Source of the DNA: Eledone cirrhosa
Taxonomy: Eukaryota
NCBI GenBank assembly: GCA_964016885.1
Contig: OZ024740.1
Span: 383,222,001-383,286,000 of the forward strand
Length of the DNA stretch: 64,000 nucleotides
Direction: 5' to 3'
Shown here: positions 40,817 to 53,199 of the stretch, in pieces
How the letters are laid out: every line of letters starts with the position of its first letter
How positions within the stretch are numbered: the first letter of the stretch is position 1
The notes under the pieces: model-generated
The model's input: the letters and a program-made list of their open reading frames with translations, nothing else
What the model was told of the DNA's origin: nothing
Database searches by the model: none
Made by a program: the position numbers and the translations under genes

Positions 40817-42342
40817 AGAGTTGTAGCAGTTTTTACATTGCCAGTTATTGCGGGTAGATCACACTCAGACCAGCTGGTATCTCTCTTCCACATTTCACCA
40901 GCCTTGACAAACCTCCAGATCTGCCCATCATCACGCAGACTGAAACTTTCATCTTGTGCTGAGTTCCGATTCAAGGAAGCTGCAGCACGTAGTTTTGGAC
41001 GTACATGGGGTGGTAGGCCTGGGCGTGTTCGGAAGGTAATCCAATTTTCACGCCCAGCTTTAGCAGAGGCCAGATGATATGAGGTTGCCTCTGCGGGGTC
41101 CGAGAAAGACAGCCTGATGAGTCTGGGTTTTGGACCAGGTCGACCAAGGCGGAGGGCACCTTTTGGGGGAACACAGCCTAGGTCTTTGGCTGAGCTGGCA
41201 GCAAATGCCTGAAGATCAGCCTTGTCCTCTGGTACCCCAATGGCAATCACTTCATGGGTAGCAGATTCCGCAGTCTTTTCAGTCTTTCCAGCAAGAGGTA
41301 CAGGGAGATTCTTTAGCAAGGCATTCCGATAAGACCCCTCATTGTCTTTGGCTGAGCTGGCAGCAAATGCCTGAAGATCAGCCTTGTCCTCTGGTACCCC
41401 AATGGCAATCACTTCATGGGTAGCAGATTCCGCAGTCTTTTCAGTCTTTCCAGCAAGAGGTACAGGGAGATTCTTTAGCAAGGCATTCCGATAAGACCCC
41501 TCATTGTGGGGTCCTACCCGAATGCTTGCCTCTATTCCTGCAACTTCCCTTCTCAGAGCAGAAATCATTAGTTGCAGTTCCGCAAAATCTGTACTGGTCG
41601 GTTGTTGTTGTTGTTGTTGTTGCTGCTGCTGCTGCTGCTGTCGTTGTTGGCGATGATGATGTTCCTCCACGGGAATGGCAGGGGAGGACACAGTCGCAGG
41701 TTGTTGCTGTTGTTGGTGATGATGATGTTCCTCCACGGGAATGGCAGGGGAGGACACAGTCGCAGGTTGTTGCTGTTGTTGTTGTTGGTGATGATGATGT
41801 TCCTCCACGGGAATGGTAGGGGAAGACACAGTCACCCGTTGTTGGTGTCGAGATGTACTGGGAGTGGAAGACATGGGTTGTTGTTGTTTCTGATGTTCTC
41901 CCACAGGAATAACAGTAGAAGCCAGTGTCATAGGTTTTTGCCGTTGTTCAGTAACAATGGTAGAGGAAGACACAGTCATTGGTTTTTGTTGTTGTTGTTG
42001 TTTTTCAATAACATTAATAACATTCGTGGAGGCAGGCACACAGGCCAGACACTGAAAGGACCAGGATTTTAGCTGGACCATCTCCCATATTCCATCCATC
42101 ATAGCATTATGATGTCTCTTTTTTTGGCCTGGGATCCTCCGGAAGCCTGTGGCGCATTGAAGGCAGACAGAGATGCGACAGGTTCCACATTCGACCCAGC
42201 GATTACGGAACGAGTTTTCGGGTTCCGCACAGATATGGCAGATGTGATTTTCTGGGCAATGTTCTATCTTGGGACATCGGCCGGTTTTGTCGCATATTTC
42301 ATCGATGGATATCACCATGGCAATTTTGTTATTTCTACCCAT
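40807..42342 (-). CDS. CR1-type ORF1: PHD-like finger, Q/H-rich repeats, coiled coil, RRM-like region
   Basis: CHIC..WVECGTCRISVCLQC..WSFQCLAC; AIGVPE; LRLGRPGPKPRLIRLSF; open frame ending LGN*. Confidence 0.85.
   Translation of the reverse strand: MGRNNKIAMVISIDEICDKTGRCPKIEHCPENHICHICAEPENSFRNRWVECGTCRISVCLQCATGFRRIPGQKKRHHNAMMDGIWEMVQLKSWSFQCLACVPASTNVINVIEKQQQQQKPMTVSSSTIVTEQRQKPMTLASTVIPVGEHQKQQQPMSSTPSTSRHQQRVTVSSPTIPVEEHHHHQQQQQQQPATVSSPAIPVEEHHHHQQQQQPATVSSPAIPVEEHHHRQQRQQQQQQQQQQQQQPTSTDFAELQLMISALRREVAGIEASIRVGPHNEGSYRNALLKNLPVPLAGKTEKTAESATHEVIAIGVPEDKADLQAFAASSAKDNEGSYRNALLKNLPVPLAGKTEKTAESATHEVIAIGVPEDKADLQAFAASSAKDLGCVPPKGALRLGRPGPKPRLIRLSFSDPAEATSYHLASAKAGRENWITFRTRPGLPPHVRPKLRAAASLNRNSAQDESFSLRDDGQIWRFVKAGEMWKRDTSWSECDLPAITGNVKTATTLGN
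41182..41505. repeat. Exact 162-bp in-frame tandem duplication in ORF1
   Basis: gtctttggctgag...cccctcatt at 41182-41343 and 41344-41505 (54 aa repeated). Confidence 0.95.
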
Positions 42343-43777
42343 CCGTAGAAAAACACAGAATGTAAACAATATAGGTTTAGCGCACTTGATTACGATAGAA
42401 ATAAAATGTCTGTTTTTTTGTGTATTTTGTTTCCGTTTTCCTAAATGTTGTGTGTGTACAGAAGAGTCTGAATTACATTACATGTAAACAAATAAATATG
42501 CTGCGTAAGTTAAATGAAACGTACTGTAGAAGGCAGTTGTTTATTAACAACGAAATAAGGTTTTTTTTTGTTTTTTTTTTCCCCTGATACTGCTTCTTTA
42601 TAGTAAACTTTCAATAATATTTTTTTTTCCAAATTATTAACTTTCAGCTGCTAGTATATATATATAATTAAAAGGTGTATGTGGGTTAGAAGCGAGGTCA
42701 ATGTTAAGAAATATTTTACCAATGTAAATTGGTAAAATTGGCCGGTATAGTGTCTCACACGAAATAGTTTGGTTTCTTTTCACGTGTGTGTATATGCATA
42801 TGGTATGTATCTGTATATAAATCTGTGTGTATATTGTTGTTTATATGTTTTGTGGAGTACTTACTGCGATCCTTAAGGGACGTATTGATTTGTTTTGTTT
42901 TTTTTTCCATTTTTCCCCGTCCATGTCCACACGTGGTTTGTTGGCGAAAATCAAGTCAAATTATATATACTTCGTTAAAATAATTCTATCTTGAAACTGG
43001 TACTAGTTGTCAGGGAACAGTGAAAGTAATTGTGATAATGAATATTGTAATCCATCTGATATGTGTTTAAAGGGCAGTTTTTGGTGAAAATATTATATTT
43101 TGTTCGGTCAAGACGTGGTCAAGCGACCTTCCTTGTCGCCATGTTAACTCCCTTATATATGTATATATATATATATACATACGGGATAACAACGAAAATG
43201 GAACAACCCGCATGATTCGAATTAACAATGCCTTCATCTAATATATACCACTTAAATAATGAATCCGCTTTACACCACATAAAAATTACCATCCTCACTA
43301 CAATGAAAATATTTTATCTGTCAGATAATAGATAAATCTTACGGTCACTATTTGGTCCATTATTTCAAGCCACATATTACCTCTACACTATATATAATAT
43401 ACCCCATGAAGAGCTTTTACATGTCAATTTCATACATCTGTTTCGTATCAGCTCGTTTTACATGCTAAAGTCATCCGTATACTCTATTTCTTACTTAGAT
43501 TGATGTTGTGATTATTTTAACTATTTACTATCGAGCTAATTTATTTGAGTATTGTTATTATTCTAATGATTTAATGGCACTACTATATATAGAAGCCATG
43601 CCTGTGTATTTCCTTCATTCACGCTCTGATGAATAGACTGGTGTAATAAAGTATTGGTGATCGATTGACTCAAAAACAGGCTGGAAGCGATCTCTAGACC
43701 TACCAGTTCAGAGGAACAATTGTCAGCAATGTGAATAAAGCCCTTATTGTATAACAAACTATGCCACTCTTCTTTCT

Positions 43778-43925
<148 letters not shown>

Positions 43926-44743
43926 TTAAGGATACTATTTATGGTTATGTATATAATAAAACCTTTTATGGTTATATATTTTTTATACAAACCCCAAATA
44001 GTGAAAGATAGTAATTTATTACTATCTTATTACCAGTAAGATAAATAGGTCAATCTAATAACATCAGTTGTTTTACAGATCAGTTATATAGAGATTACTA
44101 AACAACATGATCTATTGATTAAGAATCGACAAGACATGGTTTATAACTTGGAATCGACAAGACATGGTTTATAACTTGGTTATATGCTAAACCGTCGTGG
44201 ATTATATGATAGACCCGTGGTCTATATATTGCATCTCATGGATTATGTGAGTGGTAGTGTGCGCGAAGACAGTGGTACTGTTTTGCCTACGCTATAATAT
44301 GTTTTATAATATGTTTGATATTTTTGATATTGTGGTGTTTCTCTACATTCGGGATTGTATACCATACAGGTGTATGCGAAAAAATGATTTAACAATTCAG
44401 CCCACATAATACTATCGATTACCTGCTTCAACTGCCTGATCCTGCAACTAACAATCTGCCGCACTCTAATCCTGTATAAATAAGACACGCGTGCATGCTA
44501 CACGTGAGAATGTTTCATACACTGACTGCTCTAAACTTTCCTCTCGCTTTATCTTCATAAACTGCCAATGTTTCATTTTTATTTTTATTTTTATTTTTTT
44601 TTTATCCTGTAACCTTTATATGTAAATGGCCATGCTATATCATTTTGATGGATGTCATCCCACTGTGGGTCAATATATGCATATGTTTTTATATGTCTCT
44701 TGTGTTGAAAAAGAGGTCAAGTATGTTATAGATCACTAAATAG

Positions 44744-44792
44744 TTGCTCCGAAGAATCCGAACCTCGGTTTGGAGGAAACAATTGTAAGCAA
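44744..44792 (+). ncRNA. Type I hammerhead, core CCGAAGA, palindromic stem III, GUA site
   Basis: ttgct CCGAAGA a tccgaac ctcg gtttgga g GAAA caattg TA agcaa. Confidence 0.8.
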
Positions 44793-44987
44793 ATAAATGA
44801 TTTAAACTGAACTTTGATTATTGTAATCTCTCTCTATATATATATATATATTAGAAAGTGAGGGTTTTTTTACAAAATGAAAAATAACCGAGGTGTCCTA
44901 CACGAGTGAAAGTATAAAGAAAAAAAGATGAAATCGAAAATGCAACTGGAGTCTTATTTAAAAAAAATATATATATTTATTTGGTTC

Positions 44988-45023
44988 CTTTACTGGTTTC
45001 GCAGTTCTTCTGCTTTTCAAAAG
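44988..45023 (-). ncRNA. Minimal hammerhead, U3-A8 core variant
   Basis: Reverse complement: ctt TTGAAAA gcag aagaa ctgc GAAA ccag TA aag. Confidence 0.6.
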
Positions 45024-45400
45024 TAGAGTTGAGATGGAGGGTCTGGGGTTTTTCTCCTATCTGGTTGGTCCCTGAATGTTACAGCCATAATTTCATTTAT
45101 AACCAATCAAATTACGTTTATTAAAAGAAAGCCTTCGTGAGCCCCCTTTTTTTAAGCAAAAAGAAATTCAAACACTCATATATGAAAAAACAACCTTTAA
45201 CCCCCCCCACCCCACCCCCCCTCCTTGTTTGAAGAACTTTGTAACGCGAACTGGCGCGAAATTTATTATAATTATTGACTATCCAATAAATTACTTCTCG
45301 AAAAACCTGGCATTTCGAGCCACTTTTTCCATATAAAACAAGTAACATTCAGAGACCAACCAGATGTGAGAAAAACCCCAGACTCTTCATCTCAACTCTA

Positions 45401-45436
45401 CTTTTGAAAAGCAGAATAACTGCGAAACCGGTAAAG
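45401..45436 (+). ncRNA. Minimal hammerhead, U3-A8 core variant
   Basis: ctt TTGAAAA gcag aataa ctgc GAAA ccgg TA aag. Confidence 0.7.
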
Positions 45437-45499
45437 GAACCAAATAAATATATATATATATTTAAAAATAAGACTCCAGTTGCATTTTCGATTTCATCT

Positions 45500-45550
<51 letters not shown>

Positions 45551-45570
45551 GAGTTACATCAGTAATGTAT

Positions 45571-45619
45571 ACAGGTACTTAAGTTTCGTTGGGCAATACA
45601 CCCAGCTTTTTCAGCCTGT
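45571..45619 (-). ncRNA. Type I hammerhead with G8A core (CUGAAAA)
   Basis: Reverse complement: acagg CTGAAAA a gctggg tgtattg cccaac GAAA cttaag TA cctgt. Confidence 0.7.
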
Positions 45620-46928
45620 TGTATAAAAAGAAAAGGTTGAGTTAGAAGGTACGCGAGAGCTCTACAGGGGCAGGTTATTTCGAATTTAGTTATAAACAAA
45701 CAAAACTTTTAGATAGTGTAAAGGCAGGTAACTATCAAAATAAACAAAGTTAGGGAAGGAGTTCAAAGTTAGTAATTTAAATAAATTATATTCCTTAATC
45801 TGGTCAGGCCTTAAGTAGAAGGGCTTGTATGAAAAATGTATTGCAGTCTGCCTACCATACTTCAAAAACTAGTGATTGACCTGAAAATGATCCTGGGATG
45901 AGTGGAATGGACTAACACATATTGGGTATTGCGGGACCCCAAGATGGGTTCGGAATGGAGGAATCCGTAAACAATTGAATCTGGAACATCAGAACGCTTA
46001 GATGTACGAAAACATTGCTGGAAGATAGAATCGGTGTCTCCTCAAAAAAGCTCCGTACTTCTGATAATGTTGATGTGGATGTAGAATAGAAACTCTACTA
46101 TTCAAATTGTGTATCTCAAGGACATGAATCCCACTGACATAATGTTTCATGGACTGCATCACATTAGGGAGGAGGATTTATCTGTTAGACACGCAGTGAC
46201 TAACACCAGAATATTTTAACTCTGCATGTCTGTATGCGTAGCTTGTGAATAAAAAATTCAAGGGGTTTCGCTGGCCATGGTGATCTCTGGCAAACATCTT
46301 TTGTAATGTATCGTTTTATTGGATAATTTCATCGTCGTATTGGCTAATCAACCAATGAGAGTAATTGTTGCTCAAAAGAATCCACCACTTTGTTTGCACG
46401 TTTATTTATCGTTTCGCTTTCGAATCTTCCTCTTGTATTTCGTCGTTTTATCATCAAAATATTTTTCTCGTTTTGGTAAGGGATATTGTTAATTTATATA
46501 TGATTTTTTAAATTTATATTAACTATTTTTTTTCAGTTCGATATAACATGTTTATAATATAGGTTGTATCATATTTACTTGTATATTTGTCCATATTATT
46601 GTTCGTTTTATGTTAAATTATTTTATTATTATTATGTTAGATTATTCTTTTATTATTATGTTAGACTCTTTGTATGAAATATTTAATGTTTATTAATTCA
46701 ACTATAACAATTATTATGTAAAATATATTTATTTAATATTGATTGTTTTTTTTGTAGTTGTTTATATTAAAAGTCTGAAAATATTTTTATACATCTTACA
46801 ATAATATTTATAAGATCATTTATAAGATAACAATTATATAATCTAATTACATTACAACGATAATTTATTATTAATATATATCATGTTTAACTAGAGCTAT
46901 TACAAGCGTTGCCTTAAACAAATATTAA

Positions 46929-47358
46929 ACTAGACCTGAAAAATGCGCAAGCTCAAACAGCCACAGAATGTTATAACAAACCTTCAAAAGTGTGGGACTA
47001 GAGTTGTTGCTCAAAAGTATTGTAATCATTATCTAACGTACACTCTGTGGCATCCTTTTATATAAAAGAGACACATAACCAACTCAAGACGATACGATAA
47101 TTATTTAAGTAAATTTATAATATGGAATTCGGTTTAAGTGCATTTCGTATTAATCATTACTAAACATCTAATATGAGATATTGAATATTAGCTTAAATAA
47201 TTATCGTATCGTCTTGAGTTTGTTATGAGTCTCTTTTTTATAAAAGGATTCCACAGAGTGTACGATAGATAATGAGCAACAATTCTAGTCCCACACTTTT
47301 GAAGGTTTATTATAACATTATGTGGCTCTTTTGAGGTTGCGCATTTTTCAGGTCTAGT
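46929..47358. repeat. Inverted repeat with arms of about 170-180 bp and an 80-bp spacer (MITE-like or fold-back)
   Basis: actagacctgaaaaatgcgcaa...gatacgataattatttaag mirrors cttaaataattatcgtatc...ttgcgcatttttcaggtctagt. Confidence 0.85.
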
Positions 47359-47765
47359 GTACATATGCTAGTCAGAGTCATATCTATTCCTATATTAACT
47401 AAAAACTAATTAAATGGTAAATAAAATTTACATCATAATATTGTCTAGTCACCATGGTGTGTAAATGTAGTGAAATATCAAATGGTCTTCGAATATTGTT
47501 TCATTAATATTCAATTATTTTCTCTGTAATCATTTTTTTTTCGTGACTGTCAAACGTTAGGTATATTAATTTCCCCAAATGCTAAATAACATTCGTATTC
47601 TATGAGGGTATCTCTTGAAATACATTTCAGGTAAGGTTGAACATTGTAATGATACCTCTAAATGTAATAGGAAATGAGCAGGAAATGATCATTGCATCAT
47701 TTAACTCTCTAACCACACGTTTCTAAAACGTCTATCTATGGACAATATTATTCTATACCAGACAC

Positions 47766-47950
47766 TGGCGGTGGATTGGCAGTATCGGTAGAGGGTCGGA
47801 CGCCATGCTTTCCAGCATAGTTACGTCCCTTTACGATCTGAGTTCAAATCCGGCCGAGGTTGACTTTGCCTTTCATCCTTACGGGGTCGATAAATTAAAG
47901 TACCAGTAATGCACTGGGTAATTGCTGGCCTTGTGCCTAAAGTAGAAACA
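47766..47950 (+). mobile_element. tRNA-derived SINE with 19-bp TSD
   Basis: Box A-like tggcagtatcgg, box B gagttcaaatcc; TSD attattctataccagacac at 47747-47765 and 47951-47969; at least six copies in the window. Confidence 0.92.
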
Positions 47951-48034
47951 ATTATTCTATACCAGACACACATACACAACGGTATATATATATATTATAT
48001 ATATACATATATATACATATATATATATATATAG

Positions 48035-48148
48035 TAATTGTTTCTACTGTAGGCACAAGGCCAGCAATAAACCAGTGCATTACTGGTACTTTATTTTATT
48101 GACCCCGTAAGGATGAAAGGCAAAGTCAACCTCGGCGGGATTTGAACT
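48035..48148 (-). mobile_element. Truncated SINE copy
   Basis: Reverse complement of the 3' part of 47766-47950. Confidence 0.85.
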
Positions 48149-48149
48149 A

Positions 48150-50220
48150 TAGTAATAATAATAAATTTGAAGACTAAAATCCAAAGAGGGCTCGATAAGG
48201 ATAAATATATATCAAATCTATAAGAACCGTAGAGCAAATATTTATTAAAATAACAGATTAAAGTTTAAGCAAAGAATCGCTGCTTTCACCCTTAACGGGA
48301 TCTTCTGAAACTAACAAAGTCAATCTGTAAACGCAGAAATAGATATTTCAAAAAACGTTGCAACCGGAGGAAGACAGGAAGACGATACTTTGGTTCGTGG
48401 AAATGTTCCCTGGCAGAGAAAGGGAAAAAACGAATATAATACGTCATTAATAGGAGCAGTGAAAAACAAATACACGCAAAAACAGGACCACGTTTATGGT
48501 ATAAAAGAAGTCGTAGACTAATGTTCTCTTAGGTTGTTCATAGAGATGTTCTCTGGCAATGAACGGAAGAAACGAAGATTATACGTCATATGTGGAGCGT
48601 GGAGACCAATTGCACGCGAAGACAAAACCACGTAAATGGTATAACTGAAGTCGTAGACTAAAATTCTAAATAGGAAACCGAATGATTCTCCGCTTCAGAG
48701 TTAAGAATAAAGTAAATAAAATACAATACAGAGGTAATTGAAATGAAATAAATATATACACGCGTCCAAATACGTACATACACAAGCATACGCGAAAACA
48801 CTCGCCATAGGTATACAAAACCACACACATATACATATGTGTGTGTGTGTGTGTGTGTGTGTGCGGGTATACAAATAAATAAATAATTAAATAAACGTAT
48901 ATAAATAAATAAATACGTATATAACAAGCGCACACACATACCTACATGTAAATACACAAATGTTCGGAGACGTACATCAACCAAAACATGAAGTACACAT
49001 ATACACACACCCAACATACGTACGAACCCGCATACTCACACAGACGCAAAACTCCCGTATAGACATAACCAAAAGCATATGCACCAGAATATATAAAAAA
49101 TATACACCATAACATATACAATCAAATATACGTACGAGAAAGTATACGTACCTTCACAAAACATACAGGTAATATATACTTACCTATGCAAATAAGTAAT
49201 GGTATACACATAACATATACTTAGCTACCACATCAAGATGTAAAATATCCACGTATAGATCGCACTATCCGTTAGGGTATAATGTGGGGCTGTAATACAG
49301 GAAAGTTTTGTGCAATTTATGTTTACAAGCCGAAATTGCCTCAGATTTTTTGTTTAAGATGTGGTCTGTGGCGTAGAGTATTTCCAGGGCCTCAGCAGTG
49401 GTCACATGGTATTTTATTTCCGTTAAACGATCTAGCCCTAGCTAGGATCTCCCAGTGTAACTTATATTGGGTGTGGTTGTCTTTTAGACTCCAGATATAA
49501 GCTGAAAGTAACGTCATATTCCTTCTTAGAGGGTAACGAAAAGAATGGGTATGCATGTAAAGACACTGCTTGAATCTATTGGCGGTTAACCCTATGTAGG
49601 CCCTACGGGATGTGGGTGTTTCAACCTTACATTTGTAGACAATGTTACTAGAGAGGCATTTCCCGGATAGGGGGAAAATCAACCTGATTCCTACAATTAC
49701 AGTTAGTACTAACTGCAGGGTTGCACGTGTTCCTACGGCTAGGTAATTTAGCTAAATTTGAAGCTGTGATGTTATGTGCAAGGTTAGGTGTCGTAGAGTA
49801 AGAAATTATAATAGTATTTCTATTTATAGTTTTGCTATATTTATGTGTAGGGGGAAAATGCTTTGTAATAAGGGATAGAAAGACCTTAGATAATGGTGTG
49901 GCCACCTCCATATTATATGGTGGGTTATACCATATAATGCGACGGGATCTATTTCTTCTAGGTCTATTCTCGTACTCTGTATATGCTACCTTATCGACAA
50001 ATCCACTCCGAGCAAGAGCTTCATTGTAATAAGTGGAATTGTCGTTGAAAATATGCTCGTTAGTAGATAGACGAGAAAGCCTCAACAAAAAGTTTCTTAC
50101 CAGGTTCTTGGTTATGCTGGCAGGATGGTTGGAATGCTTACTTATGTAATTAAGCGTATCATTCGGCTTTCTATACGGGTAATACAAGCCACTCGATAAA
50201 TTGAGGGTAACGTCGAGGTA
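48150..50220 (-). mobile_element. 5'-truncated Penelope-like element (Naiad-like): RT thumb, GIY-YIG, 3' repeat with hammerhead
   Basis: YLDVTLNL, PYRKP..SNHP, IIWYNPPY, CNCRN, VYKCKV..AYIGLTANRFK, LSAYIWSLK, CDHC; coding about 49290-50220. Confidence 0.9.
48262..48312 (-). ncRNA. Type I hammerhead, core CAGAAGA
   Basis: Reverse complement: agttt CAGAAGA tccc gttaa gggt GAAA gca gcgattctt tgc TT aaact; sense to the adjacent ORF. Confidence 0.7.
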
Positions 50221-50456
50221 TGCGTTGGCGTGCCTTTTATTTCGATAATCCGCGAAAAGCAGACAACAAACAGGATAAATTTGGGTTTATAGCTTTTGTA
50301 ATGGGGTGTTCTCATTTTTATGCAGCAGTTGCAGAGGCGTCGTGATAGCGGCTTAGTTGAGCGTATGCGTGTTTAACTTAATATTGAATGTACAGCTTGG
50401 GTTGATTGGTTTATATGAGGTTCATGTTTGCGGGCAAAGAAATACGCATTTCTATC

Positions 50457-50555
<99 letters not shown>

Positions 50556-52656
50556 CGCGTGCGTGCGTGTGTGTGTGCGGTGTATGTGTGTGTGCACGTG
50601 TGTGTGTGCACGTGAGCACAGGTGCATGAGCATGCGCTTGTACTGGGTATGTATCTAAGTGCTGGCTGCGTTTGTGATTTTGTGGAATCTGTTGGTTCGT
50701 TTAAGGTAGAGCCATGTTTGTGAGTGTGGGTGTGTACTATGTGCACATGGGGGTGTATATGCCGGTGTATATGCCTTCGGAAATGTTGGGAAATAATCTT
50801 ATACCACTTGATCGTATGGGAGTCTGAGGTGTAGATTGTTGTTGCAAGTCCGGTGTTTGCATGAAGTCACATGGTAATCGTTTTTGATGAATGAGCCCAA
50901 CATTTAACAATATTGCATGCCTTTTTCTGTGTTTATATTAACGATACTAGGCACATCTAACAACATATTAACAATAGTTATATACGCATCTAACAACTTT
51001 TCCTTCGAATACAGTAGTCATATATGCACACTTAATACATAAGAGGGAAGATAATATACCTCAATAATGCGCTACTTTTATTTATTTCTTTACTGATGTA
51101 GAATTTCTTCATGGAACACCCAACAATAGACGTTCACTACATCTGACGCATCTGTTTCTCTTCCACTCAGCACATCAATTGTGAATATGTAAGCGTCCCT
51201 CTCCGATATTGTAGCCAATTATCTCTAGAAGTGTAAACCTCTCTATTCTAATTTCCTTCACTCATGCAGGCATCTGAATCCATATCCTACAGATGCAATA
51301 TATCAGGATTTCTAAAGATGAAGTGGATGCAAATTAATCCCTTTTGCACAAAGTACACCATACATGTCTATGATTAGCTGTTTTTGATTTTTTCTCGAAA
51401 GAAATTGTCTGTAATGTTGTAGGCTATATACTTGGAGTTAAGTGGATATCAAAAATATTACCTTAGATATTTGCATCCATGAATAATATGACATGCTCGA
51501 CGTAAATGCCTATGAAGTTTTTCTTTAACTCCAAATAAAGCTTGATGAAACAGATCTATAATTGAAAGCCATGTACTTCCGAGTTTTTCTTCGTTTTGCA
51601 ACCCTTGCCTAAATCGTATTTCATTAACCTATGTTCTTTAAAAAAGGATTTGTCAATTATTTGTTAAAAGCAAAGTGATAAGGTATGACCACCTTTATTA
51701 AAATGTGCATATCATTGAATCCGTCGCTCTCATAGGTTAGAATTCATTCATGGTCAAGGAAATATTTTTCTTGTAAATATTTGTTGTTATATTTAAACCA
51801 ATTATTGAGGCCTGTATATATTGTAATGTATATAAAGGTTTAATGTAAGGTAAAAAACCTGAGGATCGCAAAATATAAGGTTTTTGCATTATAATTATAT
51901 ATTTGTATTTTCTTTTTCCTATAAATCTCAAATTATTGCAGATTATATACATTATGAATGAATCTTCTTTAGAATGTTTTCTAATATTTTAATGTTTATG
52001 CTGAGGGGTTTTCCAGGATACATGCTTCCCAAATTTCCAAATATATCAGTTGTATAAAATAAAGATTTTATTTCTTTAGAAAGTGTACTCTTTCAAGTGG
52101 TTCTATTCGGATCACTGTGTTAAGGTCAAATCATCAGTACTTTGTTTAAGTTGAACCTGAGAGCACACCATGCTTCCCAACCATATACACTTTAACTCTA
52201 TATTATTTTCTCATTTTATGTTTCAGAAATATTGATTGAGTTTGTTTTCTGATATAGGTCAATTCTATGATAGTGATGAGGTTTATGGTGGGGATGTAAT
52301 AGATGGGTTTATATTGGTGTTTGTGGTTGTGAAGTCAATGTTAAGTAATTACTGACATTTAGAAAAAAAAACAGATGTCTTAGAAAATTCATCAACATCC
52401 GCTATAAAATATCGTCAAACTCTGATAGTCTCCTGTAAAATTGACATGTGACACCTAAACAACATATCCAACCACTAACGTCTATTTTCTCTCTTTGAGA
52501 CTATGACAACATAAAGAATACAAACATATACAATTTAATGTTTTTGTGAAAATATTATTTTGGTTGTTTATTTAATTTATTCAGATCCAGGCATAAATTT
52601 ATTCTGAGGCGTTAAACGACTATAATTCACAACTTATTGTTTTCTGTTTCCGTTTT

Positions 52657-52846
<190 letters not shown>

Positions 52847-52934
52847 TACCCCCCCCACACACGGACACACGAAAGTTGCTGGAGTTCAACGCATTGTTCG
52901 AGGCTGTAGCGTAGTCCGAAGTTCTAGTCGTCTT

Positions 52935-53190
52935 CATGCATTAGCACCATGAACTATCTTCGCCCGTACATGAGCATCTTGCTGCTGACAGTGCTTTACG
53001 ACAGCGAAAACCGAAAGACCACGGCAAAGATAAAGAGTGGGGTTTCCCCAGGCTCACCTGTCGACGAACGTCCCAAAGAGACCTGATGTCAACATCACCT
53101 AGCACGGAGGCGTAAAAGCGCAGCTGATCGAAATCGTTGGCGACTAATTGTTGCTCGATGCGCCCAAAAGGTCAGAAGAACCTACTGAAA
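52935..53190 (+). pseudogene. Old RTE-type LINE 3' end
   Basis: GFPRLTCRRTSQRDL and AADRNRWRLIVARCA by manual translation. Confidence 0.55.
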
Positions 53191-53199
53191 GAAACTTAC

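Larger units (their letters stand above)
37688..42654 (-). mobile_element. Full-length CR1/L2-group LINE, near intact (5' boundary approximate)
   Basis: PHD-type ORF1, APE-RT ORF2 ending TRGHAYK..RRHFFTLRVAEAWNKLP, 3' stem-loop gtagtgc-acctga-gcactgt, short (ATT)n tail into (TA)n. Confidence 0.92.
44850..45502. mobile_element. Penelope-type terminal repeat (U3-A8 family) as an inverted pair
   Basis: 44925-45082 is the reverse complement of about 45342-45500; flanked by (TA)n. Confidence 0.85.

Noticed and set aside
43622-43689. cgct CTGATGA ... agcg hammerhead-like motif
   Set aside because: GAAA and the cleavage triplet are missing and stem II is unclear.
50870-52230. Possible old LINE endonuclease on the minus strand (IIIMQKP, LFMDAN)
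   Set aside because: Too degenerate to call without a profile search.
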